Positions 32,004 through 40,858 of a stretch of 64,000 nucleotides of DNA are shown in pieces (within the stretch, counting starts at the first letter, position 1; the number at the start of each line of letters is the position of its first letter). Position numbers and translations under genes: made by a program. The notes under the pieces were generated by a model. The model was not told the DNA's origin, did no database searches, and worked only from the letters and a program-made list of their open reading frames with translations. The stretch is from a bacterium (GTDB lineage Bacteria; UBA8248). The stretch covers positions 3,552,001 through 3,616,000 of the forward strand of contig OZ253442.1 in assembly GCA_965261085.1 (NCBI GenBank), in the 5' to 3' direction.

Positions 32004-32900
32004 ATGCAAAGAGAAGAAACCATCGGCTTCATCGGCCTGGGCCTCATGGGCCGGGCGTTTTCCAAAAATCTGATCGAAGACGGCTACCGCCTCGTGGGGA
32101 CGGACCCGGTTCCGGCGGCGCAGGATGAATTCAAGGCTCTGGGCGGTGCGCCGCTCCCCTCACCCAAAGACGTGGCCGAGGCGGCTGATTTCGTCTTCAT
32201 CTCGGTGCCCAACTCGAAAATATCGCTGGGATGCGCGACGGGTACGGATGGATATTTGTCCGCCAATCCTGCGAAAAAGCCTAAAACCGTCATCGACACC
32301 ACCACCTCGGACCCAGACGACACGCGCGAGATGGCGCGGCTGTGCGCTGCGCGCGGGTTCGACTTCATGGAGGCGTGCGTGAGCGGCAACAGTGAAAACG
32401 TGAAAAACCGGGTGGGCCTTTTTCTCGTGGGCGGGGAGGAGCGAACGCACGGCATGGTGAAAGACATGCTCGGCCGCCTGCTTTCGGATCAGATCCACTG
32501 CGGGGCGGCGGGCGCAGGCGCGACGATGAAGGTGCTCATCAACTACCTCACCTGCCTGCAGCGGTGCTCCATCGCCGAGACGCTCAGGATGGGCCTGAGA
32601 GCGGGGGTGAAAGGAGAATTGATGCTCGACGCCTTCATGCGAAGCGCCGCCGACAGCAGGCAGCTCAGAAACCGCGGCCCCCGGATGATAAGCGGAGACT
32701 TTTCGAATCCCGTGAGCACGCTCGACGTGCTGACGAAAGACATCAAGCTCGGCCTCGCCTTAGGCCAAAGCGTAAACGCCAATATGCCCCTGGGCGAGCT
32801 TTGCGCCCCCTTTTTCACCGAAGGACAGGAACTGGGCTTCGGCGCCCTCGACAGCGCAGCCGTCTACAAGGTGTTCGAGGCGAGGGAGGGAGGTGATTGA
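32004..32900 (+). CDS. NAD(P)-dependent beta-hydroxyacid dehydrogenase (3-HIBADH family)
   Basis: GFIGLGLMG, DTTTS, EACVSG, G.GATMK..N, KDI.L. Confidence 0.9.
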   Translation: MQREETIGFIGLGLMGRAFSKNLIEDGYRLVGTDPVPAAQDEFKALGGAPLPSPKDVAEAADFVFISVPNSKISLGCATGTDGYLSANPAKKPKTVIDTTTSDPDDTREMARLCAARGFDFMEACVSGNSENVKNRVGLFLVGGEERTHGMVKDMLGRLLSDQIHCGAAGAGATMKVLINYLTCLQRCSIAETLRMGLRAGVKGELMLDAFMRSAADSRQLRNRGPRMISGDFSNPVSTLDVLTKDIKLGLALGQSVNANMPLGELCAPFFTEGQELGFGALDSAAVYKVFEAREGGD

Positions 32901-32944
32901 AAGTGCTGTTGTAGGAGGGATTGCTCGGGTGCGGATACAAACAA

Positions 32945-33010
32945 CGGGCGGACACATGCGAACTTCCCTTTCTCAGGAAAGTTCGACACCCCTGCGGGGA
33001 GAGCGGCCCG
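32945..33010 (+). repeat. 66-bp REP-derived direct repeat, copy 1
   Basis: CGGGCGGACACATGCGAACTTCCCTTTCTCAGGAAAGTTCGACACCCCT...GGCCCG; matches 34985-35050 at 64 of 66 positions. Confidence 0.92.
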
Positions 33011-33031
33011 AGAAGGGGTTCGTCCCTACGA

Positions 33032-33739
33032 CTATTCGTCATTTCCTCCCGGTGGTCCCGTTCCGAGTTTCTCCAGCCGCTCAACCCACGCATTAAAGTG
33101 AGGACATTTGGAGCGGATGTTCTCCAGACCAATCAGTTCGGCCATCTGTGAGCCGTTTGTCGGCTTCGAGTCTTCATATTCGGGAAATTGATCGCTAATT
33201 CGCTTCGATGGAGCCGAATGTTGGCCGTCGTCGATCAGTTCCGGGGACTGGACTTTATCGGCTATTTTCTGCAAAGCGGAGATTTTGGAATCCGCATTAT
33301 CAAAGAAGGAAGCGAACCGGGATACATCGGAAAACAAATAAGCCTCGAATTCATGCAACTGAATGAAAGGGATGAAGCGACTATTGCCGGTCTCATCAAG
33401 CCAGGACTTTTCGAGAGCCTCCACACGCTTATATGGGTCGTGGCGTAATTTTTCAGCCTCCTCAATGCCGGGGAAATTCGCATGTAGGGCGTAAAGATCT
33501 ATCATGGTGGTGAAAAACACGTGATTGCCCGACTCCTGTTTGAGTCGGCGGTTGATGTCCTTCTGCATTGCCGTGAAGTTTCTTCCGCCCCCTCGGTTAA
33601 CTCCGCCTTTCTTTCTAGCGTGCGCAATCAGAACCGGTTTGTGCATGAAGACATCGAAAGTAGCCAGATGCGGCTTCAAGACCGTATCGGCGAATGTTTG
33701 TTCTGTTTGACCTTCGGCGAAGAGATGGAGCCGAACCAT
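33032..33739 (-). CDS. DUF4276 family (TOPRIM-like) protein
   Basis: FAEGQTE..F, TTMIDLY, HEFEA, SPE.I.D...APSKR, CPHF..W; TGATG coupling with the ATPase. Confidence 0.85.
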   Translation of the reverse strand: MVRLHLFAEGQTEQTFADTVLKPHLATFDVFMHKPVLIAHARKKGGVNRGGGRNFTAMQKDINRRLKQESGNHVFFTTMIDLYALHANFPGIEEAEKLRHDPYKRVEALEKSWLDETGNSRFIPFIQLHEFEAYLFSDVSRFASFFDNADSKISALQKIADKVQSPELIDDGQHSAPSKRISDQFPEYEDSKPTNGSQMAELIGLENIRSKCPHFNAWVERLEKLGTGPPGGNDE

Positions 33740-34839
33740 CAGTGCGGCCCCGCACCGAGGATATTTTTCTCCCAGATTTCCCCGAGCGAGTAGTCCTCCA
33801 GCCATGCGTCGAGCTTTTCGGTTTCCGGTCTGTCGAACGTCGTCGCTTCCTTATTTCGCTCGACGACCACGATATCCTCCGGCTCGAAACTATCGAGAAA
33901 CGCGCTGGACTGCGTGCTGACGAGAACCTGTGTATGCTGACTTGCGGCGCGAAACAACGAGGCAATAATATTGAGCGCATAGGGGTGTAATCCCAGTTCC
34001 GGTTCATCCACCACTATGAGTATTGGAAGGTCCTCCTTGGGTTGCGACAGAAGCGAAATCAGGCAAATGGCCCGCAGCGTACCGTCCGAGAGTTGATGGG
34101 GTCCAAAAACGAGATCGGATTCGCAATGCCGCCAATTGAGAATGATGTCCTTGGAATCAGTCGGCTCCAGATCGAAATCCTCGAAGAACGGCGCCACCTG
34201 TCGAATCGTCCTCACGATCCGGTGATATACTGTTTCTTTGTAAGACTTCAGTTTATGGAGTATCGCCGCTAAATTCGCCGCGTCGGGCATGAGCCAGCGA
34301 TTATCGCTAACGTAACAATACTGCCGGACTCTCGATGTCGGTGATGTATCGTGAAAGTGATAGACGCGACAGCCATTCAGCAAATACCTGAGCGTTTTCG
34401 CCGCGGGATCGTCCTTGTAAGCATCGTCTCCAATCCGCGTTTCCTGATGAGCCGCCCCCAGCGATACGAATTTTGGGCTGGGATAGCCTTTTTGCTGGAA
34501 GGAAAGTATCTCTTCGGCAAAAATCAACGAATCACCGGCAGCATGGAACAACCTCATTCGATAGGTGTCGGTTCCATTCTCCACCTCGAACAACATTTCC
34601 GCTTCCAATTGGGGGGTTACCTTGGGGCCAAAGTGCAAATTGGCCGTGGCTCGCCCCGTCGCCCCGATATGTTTCTGAAGCCGTCCGCCCATGAGCTCGC
34701 TCACCAGCTTGAAAAAAGCAATGAAGTTGCTCTTGCCGGCCCCATTGGCGCCGATTAGAACATTGAGCGGTCGGAGTTCCAGCGTCATCTCTTTGATAGA
34801 CCGAAAGCCCTCGAGCTTGATTCTTTTCAATTTTGACAT
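33739..34839 (-). CDS. ABC-type AAA_21 ATPase (defence/toxin-associated)
   Basis: GFRSI, LIGANGAGKSN, LSDGT, DEPELGLHP, STQS, YSLGEIW. Confidence 0.9.
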   Translation of the reverse strand: MSKLKRIKLEGFRSIKEMTLELRPLNVLIGANGAGKSNFIAFFKLVSELMGGRLQKHIGATGRATANLHFGPKVTPQLEAEMLFEVENGTDTYRMRLFHAAGDSLIFAEEILSFQQKGYPSPKFVSLGAAHQETRIGDDAYKDDPAAKTLRYLLNGCRVYHFHDTSPTSRVRQYCYVSDNRWLMPDAANLAAILHKLKSYKETVYHRIVRTIRQVAPFFEDFDLEPTDSKDIILNWRHCESDLVFGPHQLSDGTLRAICLISLLSQPKEDLPILIVVDEPELGLHPYALNIIASLFRAASQHTQVLVSTQSSAFLDSFEPEDIVVVERNKEATTFDRPETEKLDAWLEDYSLGEIWEKNILGAGPH

Positions 34840-34984
34840 ATTCGTTTTTCCTTACTCATCCTGAATAACGCGCATCATACCACGCCCAACACGCACAGTT
34901 ATGGTTTCGCCCATCAAGAGGCGATGCGCAAGAGAGAATCTTCTTGAGATAAGAAAAAAGGATCGCCTTGCTAATCAAACCCAT

Positions 34985-35050
34985 CGGGCGGACACATGCG
35001 AACTTCCCTTTCTCAGGAAAGTTCGACACCCCTACGGGGAGAACGGCCCG
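34985..35050 (+). repeat. 66-bp REP-derived direct repeat, copy 2, followed by a CGTC-type REP pair (35056-35146)
   Basis: Copy of 32945-33010 at 2040-bp offset; GTCATTCC...GGAATC and GGCATGACGG halves follow. Confidence 0.9.
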
Positions 35051-35263
35051 GAGCAGTCATTCCGCGGCGGTTTTACACGGAATCCAGAACCGATGCGGGG
35101 GAGATATGACGGCATTTCATTTCCTCGACCATTGGCCGGCATGACGGTAACAAACAAAGGACGAATTCCCTGTATTCCGGCAATCCCTCTCTCCCCGGTC
35201 GGCAGGCGAAGCAGCCCCTCCTTCACCAGTCGGGGCTGAGTTCCCCGCTCGGGTTTGGCAACG

Positions 35264-35732
35264 CATTTCCCCGCATTTGCGACGCCCGTGAAATTTCCGG
35301 ATTCCGGTATCGTGCGCGTGGCACAGGGCGAAGGATGCCCCGCATTGGCCGGATTTGGCCTGTAAGGGGGGAGTGATGTTGAAAACCGCGTTTTCCGTAA
35401 GGGCCGTTCGAAAGCAGTCCCTAAAGCATGTTGTCCCGTCTGATCCGAAGGGGCGAACTCTCGCTCGGGTTCGGCTGAAGGAGGGACATGCTCATGGACC
35501 CGGCAATCACAAGAAAATGAAGATAATCCAATTTTCGATAAATATCGATAAATTCACGGTGTTTTTCGATAAATTCCTGAAAATGATACCGATGTAAAAA
35601 ATATGATAATGTATATTATTTCAATTAGTTGCGATATATATCTAATGTATGAAATAAATATTTTATCGAAATTTATCGAATAAAAAAGTTTTTTAGGTTC
35701 CCCGCATTTTCCCACATTTCCCCGCATTTGCG
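35264..35732. promoter_or_regulatory. AT-rich block with phased TCGATAAAT repeats, bounded by 18-bp direct repeats, upstream of aceE
   Basis: TCGATAAAT at 35535, 35545 and 35566; inverted copies at 35662 and 35671; CATTTCCCCGCATTTGCG at 35264 and 35715. Confidence 0.55.
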
Positions 35733-35892
35733 CACCGAGCACGGCAGGCTCCCAGAGAAGCCCGAACCCCACGCCCCGGGCGGGATAGACGACCCGGAAG
35801 CCTCTCGCGCGTTCCAGCGCGGCGGTTTCGTTCATGGGCCGAACGTGGTATATTCGAGGCTCATCCACACTGCCTTTGGAGACGCGCCATAT

Positions 35893-38694
35893 ATGGAGAC
35901 GAATCCTCAGGAAATCGGGGAAGTACCGGTAGGAGAGAACGGTTCATCCCTAGCTACCAACGGGATGAACCAGGACGACTCCGGCGATTCGAAGTATCTG
36001 CCCGATTCGGGGAGCACGTCCGTTTCCGAGGATGAAACAGAACTCGACAAGATAGAAACCGACGAGTGGCTCGAATCGCTCGACTACGTCTTACAAACCA
36101 GGGGTCCCGAGCGGACGAAGACCCTCCTTCGCCATTTGCAGGTTCGCGCCGTGCGCGCGGGCGTCGTTCGTCCCTTTTCGGCGAACACCCCGTATATCAA
36201 CACTATCCCCCTGGAAAAGCAGCCCCCATTCCCCGGAGATCGGGGGATCGAGCGGCGGATCAAGAGCCTCGTTCGCTGGAACGCGATGGCCATGGTGGTG
36301 CGCGCCAATGTGGAGGACGCCTCCATCGGCGGGCATATCTCCACCTTCGCCTCGGCCGCCACGCTGCTGGAAATCGGGTTCAACCACTTCTTCCGGGGGA
36401 AAAACCACCCGTGCGGCGGCGACCTCATCTACTTCCAGGGCCACAGCGCGCCCGGCATCTATGCGCGGGCATTCCTGGAGGGGCGCCTGACGGAGAAAAA
36501 CCTCGAAAACTTCAGGCGGGAACTCAAAGACGGAGGCGGGCTCTCCTCATACCCCCACCCCTGGCTGATGCCCGATTTCTGGGAATTTCCCACCGTATCG
36601 ATGGGACTCTCCTCCCTGATGGCGATATATCAGGCGCGCTACCTGCACTACCTGGAAGACCGCGGCCTCAAGCCGGCGACGGGCCAGAAGGTATGGGCTT
36701 TCCTCGGCGACGGCGAGATGGATGAACCCGAATCCCTGGGCGCCATCACCCTCGCCGCGCGGGAAAAACTCGACAATCTGGTTTTCGTCATCAACTGCAA
36801 CTTGCAGCGTCTCGACGGGCCGGTTCGGGGCAACGGCAAAATCATTCAGGAACTCGAGGCCGCATTCCGGGGCGCGAGGTGGAACGTCATCAAGGTCATC
36901 TGGGGGGATGATTGGGACCCCCTCGTGGCGATCGACGATGAGGGTGCGCTGCTCGAGCGAATGAACGAGACGGTGGATGGCCAATACCAGAAATACAGCG
37001 TCGAGAAAATCAAAGAGGGCGGCTACCTGCGGGAGCATTTCTTCGGCGGCGATGAGCGATTAAAGGCAATGGCCGACACCCTCTCCGACCATCAACTCAA
37101 CAGAATGCGGCGCGGGGGACATGACCCCGAAAAAGTGTTCGCCGCCTACCAGGCCGCCATGGAATGCGAGGGGCGTCCCACGGTCATTCTCGCCAAGACG
37201 GTGAAAGGATACGGCCTGGGCGAGGGGGGCGAGGGCAGGAACGTCACCCACCAGCAGAAAAAACTCAACCAGGATGAACTCCAGGAGTTCCGGACGCGCT
37301 TCGAGATTCCCATGTCCGACGAAGAAGTGGCCGAGGCGCCGTTTTACCGGCCGCCGGAAGATAGCCCCGAAATCAAATACCTGAAAGCAAAGCGAGAAGG
37401 GCTCGGCGGGTATGTCCCCACCCGGCGGAGCGTGTCCACGCCCCTCAAGCCGCCGCCTAACGCCTTGTTCGAGGAGTTCCTGCAAGGCACGGACGGGCGT
37501 GAAGTCTCCACGACGATGGTGTTCGTCAGAATCCTGAACAAACTGCTCCGCGACGAGGCGTTGGGCAAGCTCATCGTTCCCATCGTGCCCGATGAGGCCA
37601 GGACGTTCGGCATGGAAGCCCTTTTCCGGCAAGTGGGAATCTACTCCCACTCCGGTCAGTTGTATGAGCCCGTCGACCGCGACAGCCTTCTATATTACAA
37701 AGAAGCGCAAGACGGACAGATTCTCGAAGAAGGAATCACCGAAGCGGGTTCCATGGCCTCATTCATCGCCGCCGGAACCGCTTACTCTACACATGGGGTG
37801 AACACCATCCCGTTCTATATCTACTATTCGATGTTCGGCTTCCAGCGCATCGGCGATCTCATATGGGCCGCGGCGGACATGTGCGCGCGGGGCTTTCTGA
37901 TCGGGGGAACGGCCGGCAGAACCACCCTGAATGGGGAAGGACTTCAGCATCAGGACGGCAACAGCCATCATCTCGCATATCCCGTCCCCAATCTGCTCAC
38001 ATACGACCCGGCTTTCGCCTTCGAGATGGCGGTGATCATTCAGGACGGGATTCGCCGAATGTATCAGGAGCAGGAGAAAATATTCTACTACCTCACCTCC
38101 TACAACGAGAACTACGCCATGCCGCCTATGCCGGAGGGAGCGCAGGACGGGATATTGAAAGGCATGTATCTCTTCAGGCGATCGGAGATAGACTCGGGCC
38201 TCAAAGCGCAGTTATTGGGCAGCGGCACCATCATGAACGAGGTGCTCAAGGCGCAGGAGATGTTGGAGAAACGCTATTCGATTTCCGCGGACGTCTGGAG
38301 CGTCACGAGCTACAAGGAACTCAGGCGAGACGCTCTCGAAGTTGAGCGATGGAACATGCTGCATCCGGATTCTGCGCCGAAAACTCCTTACGTGACGCAA
38401 TCCCTCGCGCCCGCGCCCGGCGTTTGCGTGGCGGCTTCGGACTATGTGAAAGCCACGCCCGATTCGATATCGAAGTGGGTGCCAAAACCCATGATTTCGT
38501 TAGGAACCGAGGGATTCGGAAGAAGCGAGTCGAGAGCATCCCTGAGAGATTTCTTTGAAATCGACGCGCGCTATATCGTGCTCGCCACCTTGTATAGCCT
38601 GGCGCGCGATAAGAAGATATACCCCGAACTCGTGAACAAGGCGATGAAAGACCTGGATATCGACCCCGATAAAACCAACCCGATGATTTCCTAA
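35893..38694 (+). CDS. aceE: pyruvate dehydrogenase E1, homodimeric type
   Basis: EWLESL, GGHISTFAS, SSYPHP, GDGEMDE, NCNLQRLDG, DEARTFGME; GGAG SD before ATG 35893. Confidence 0.97.
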   Translation: METNPQEIGEVPVGENGSSLATNGMNQDDSGDSKYLPDSGSTSVSEDETELDKIETDEWLESLDYVLQTRGPERTKTLLRHLQVRAVRAGVVRPFSANTPYINTIPLEKQPPFPGDRGIERRIKSLVRWNAMAMVVRANVEDASIGGHISTFASAATLLEIGFNHFFRGKNHPCGGDLIYFQGHSAPGIYARAFLEGRLTEKNLENFRRELKDGGGLSSYPHPWLMPDFWEFPTVSMGLSSLMAIYQARYLHYLEDRGLKPATGQKVWAFLGDGEMDEPESLGAITLAAREKLDNLVFVINCNLQRLDGPVRGNGKIIQELEAAFRGARWNVIKVIWGDDWDPLVAIDDEGALLERMNETVDGQYQKYSVEKIKEGGYLREHFFGGDERLKAMADTLSDHQLNRMRRGGHDPEKVFAAYQAAMECEGRPTVILAKTVKGYGLGEGGEGRNVTHQQKKLNQDELQEFRTRFEIPMSDEEVAEAPFYRPPEDSPEIKYLKAKREGLGGYVPTRRSVSTPLKPPPNALFEEFLQGTDGREVSTTMVFVRILNKLLRDEALGKLIVPIVPDEARTFGMEALFRQVGIYSHSGQLYEPVDRDSLLYYKEAQDGQILEEGITEAGSMASFIAAGTAYSTHGVNTIPFYIYYSMFGFQRIGDLIWAAADMCARGFLIGGTAGRTTLNGEGLQHQDGNSHHLAYPVPNLLTYDPAFAFEMAVIIQDGIRRMYQEQEKIFYYLTSYNENYAMPPMPEGAQDGILKGMYLFRRSEIDSGLKAQLLGSGTIMNEVLKAQEMLEKRYSISADVWSVTSYKELRRDALEVERWNMLHPDSAPKTPYVTQSLAPAPGVCVAASDYVKATPDSISKWVPKPMISLGTEGFGRSESRASLRDFFEIDARYIVLATLYSLARDKKIYPELVNKAMKDLDIDPDKTNPMIS

Positions 38695-38715
38695 TACAAA
38701 TCCCGAGGGAGTTCC

Positions 38716-40110
38716 ATGACCATTGAACTCAAACTCCCCGAACTCGGGGAAAACATCACGTCCGGAAAAGTGATCGCCGTTTTGGTGAACGTGGGAGAAA
38801 CTATAGCGGTGGATCAGTCGGTTATTGAAGTGGAAACCGACAAAGCGCTCATCGAAGTCCCCTCGTCCGTCGGGGGCAAGATAACGGAAATTCATCTCAA
38901 ACCCGGCGACGACGCCGAGGTGGGGAAAACCATTCTCGTCATCGAAGAAAGCGATGCTGGCATGGAGTCCACTTTGTCTGAGGAGATTTTCGAGGAAATC
39001 TCCTCAGACACCGGTAAGCCGATAGAACAGGAAGAAACTCAACCCATGCTGATAGATGAATCCCCCTCTCCCTCAGAGACAAAAGTCGAAGATGCCGTCA
39101 CGCCGGAGTCCGCGCCTACTAGCTATTCGCTGGAATCCACCGAGGCGCCTGCGCCGGAGACTTCCGAAACTCCCGTGCCGAAGAGTAGAAAAGAACCCGC
39201 GCCCGCGGCCCCCTCGGTACGCAGAATCGCTCGTGAGGCGGGCGTCGACATAAGTGATGTGCCCGGCAGCGGAATTGGAGGCAGAATATCCGCGCAAGAC
39301 GTCAGGGAATTCGTGGTGGCTCAAGGAGGCGCCGCCGTACCGGATGCGCCTGCTCCCGCGCTGATGAGCGTACCCGTTCAACTGCCCGACCTAGCCCGCT
39401 GGGGCGGGATTGAACGCAAGCCGATGTCGGGAATCCGCCGTGCGACGTCCGTGAACCTCGCTCGCGCGTGGACGACCATCCCCCATGTGACTCAGTGCGA
39501 AAAAGCAGATATTTCCGAACTCGACGCCTTAAGAAGAAAATTCGCTCCGAAAGCGGAGGATGCGGGCGGCAAACTCACCATCACCGCCATTCTCATAAAA
39601 GTCATCGCCTCGTCCCTCAAAGTCTTCCCCCAATTCAACGCTAGCGTAGATACGGCTACGAATGAGATCGTCTACAAGAACTATATCCATGTGGGCGTTG
39701 CCGTGGATACCGAAAATGGTTTGCTCGTTCCGGTGATTCGCGATGCGGACAAGAAAAACATCATCGAGCTGTCGGTGGAATTGGGCGAAGCGGCGGAGCG
39801 CGCCCGCTCCCGAAAACTCGCTCCCGACGACATGCAGGGCGGCTGCATGACCATCACGAACCTCGGCGGCTTTGGCGGCACATATTTCACCCCGATAGTG
39901 AACTGGCCCGAAGTCGCCATTCTCGGCGTTTCCCGGGCGCGCATGGAACCGGTTTGGTCGAAAACCGAGGAGAAGTTCGAGCCGCGCCTGATGCTCCCGC
40001 TCATGGTTTCTTATGATCACCGCGTCATCGACGGGGCGAATGGCGTCAAATTCCTGAGGTGGGTGGCCGACGCGCTGGAAGAACCCATACTCATGAGCCT
40101 CGAGGGTTGA
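38716..40110 (+). CDS. aceF: dihydrolipoamide acetyltransferase E2
   Basis: One lipoyl domain (ETDKA), APSVRR E3-binding domain, YDHRVIDG. Confidence 0.95.
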   Translation: MTIELKLPELGENITSGKVIAVLVNVGETIAVDQSVIEVETDKALIEVPSSVGGKITEIHLKPGDDAEVGKTILVIEESDAGMESTLSEEIFEEISSDTGKPIEQEETQPMLIDESPSPSETKVEDAVTPESAPTSYSLESTEAPAPETSETPVPKSRKEPAPAAPSVRRIAREAGVDISDVPGSGIGGRISAQDVREFVVAQGGAAVPDAPAPALMSVPVQLPDLARWGGIERKPMSGIRRATSVNLARAWTTIPHVTQCEKADISELDALRRKFAPKAEDAGGKLTITAILIKVIASSLKVFPQFNASVDTATNEIVYKNYIHVGVAVDTENGLLVPVIRDADKKNIIELSVELGEAAERARSRKLAPDDMQGGCMTITNLGGFGGTYFTPIVNWPEVAILGVSRARMEPVWSKTEEKFEPRLMLPLMVSYDHRVIDGANGVKFLRWVADALEEPILMSLEG

Positions 40111-40259
40111 AAAAGCCTTGCAGGGACGTGATGCAGGCGCCTTATTGGACATAACGGGGAAAGCCATCTCCAGAACTCCAGATTAAGCGCTTCCGCACAT
40201 CATCCAATTAAACCTTTTGGAGTATTCCAGGGGGCTTTGGGTTCTCCTCGACTTATCCT

Positions 40260-40853
40260 TTGGATGTGTTATCGATGGCGAATCTTGTGGGTGATTGGAA
40301 TTTTTTGCAATACTGGTGGTGGAAACCCTACATCAAGCCCCTTATCGGTCTGGCCTGGTTTGCGGGCGTCATCGCGCTCGGAGCAATCATCTTCTTCGCC
40401 ATCATGGGAAGCGCCAGGCTCTCCGAGTACAGAGAAGCCCTCTTCCCCCCCAAGGAACCCGAGATTCCCGAGGACGAAGCGGCGCTCGTCGAATTCATGG
40501 AGTCTTTCTTCCCGGAAGCGTCGGAAGAGGAAATCATCCTGATGGAACAAATCCTCGACGACGTCATGAAGGAGGATATCCATCCGCAAATGGCGCGTGA
40601 AATCGAAGAGCGGGGTATCCCCATCCGGCTGTTGATGCTCCCGCCACCCGAAATCGTCCGCGCGGTGGGGAGCTACCCCGTAGCCGTGTGGATTCCCCGC
40701 CTGAATGCGATAGAGATCTACGCATCGGTCGTCAAAAGCGAGTGCCGGCGAGACCCGAGACGCTACAGAGAGAAGATGGGCGATTTACTGCTGCATGAAA
40801 TCGGCCACGCCCTGGGTCTGGATGAACCGAAAATCAAGGATTTCGGCGTTTAG
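40260..40853 (+). CDS. membrane-anchored zincin-like metallopeptidase
   Basis: N-terminal TM helix, IEIY, LLHEIGHALG (HExxH); start may be ATG 40275. Confidence 0.7.
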   Translation: MDVLSMANLVGDWNFLQYWWWKPYIKPLIGLAWFAGVIALGAIIFFAIMGSARLSEYREALFPPKEPEIPEDEAALVEFMESFFPEASEEEIILMEQILDDVMKEDIHPQMAREIEERGIPIRLLMLPPPEIVRAVGSYPVAVWIPRLNAIEIYASVVKSECRRDPRRYREKMGDLLLHEIGHALGLDEPKIKDFGV

Positions 40854-40858
40854 CGACT

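Noticed and set aside
35355-35597. 80-aa ORF upstream of aceE, and small ORFs in 57257-58163
   Set aside because: They run through repeats and palindromes, with no coding-like composition or motifs
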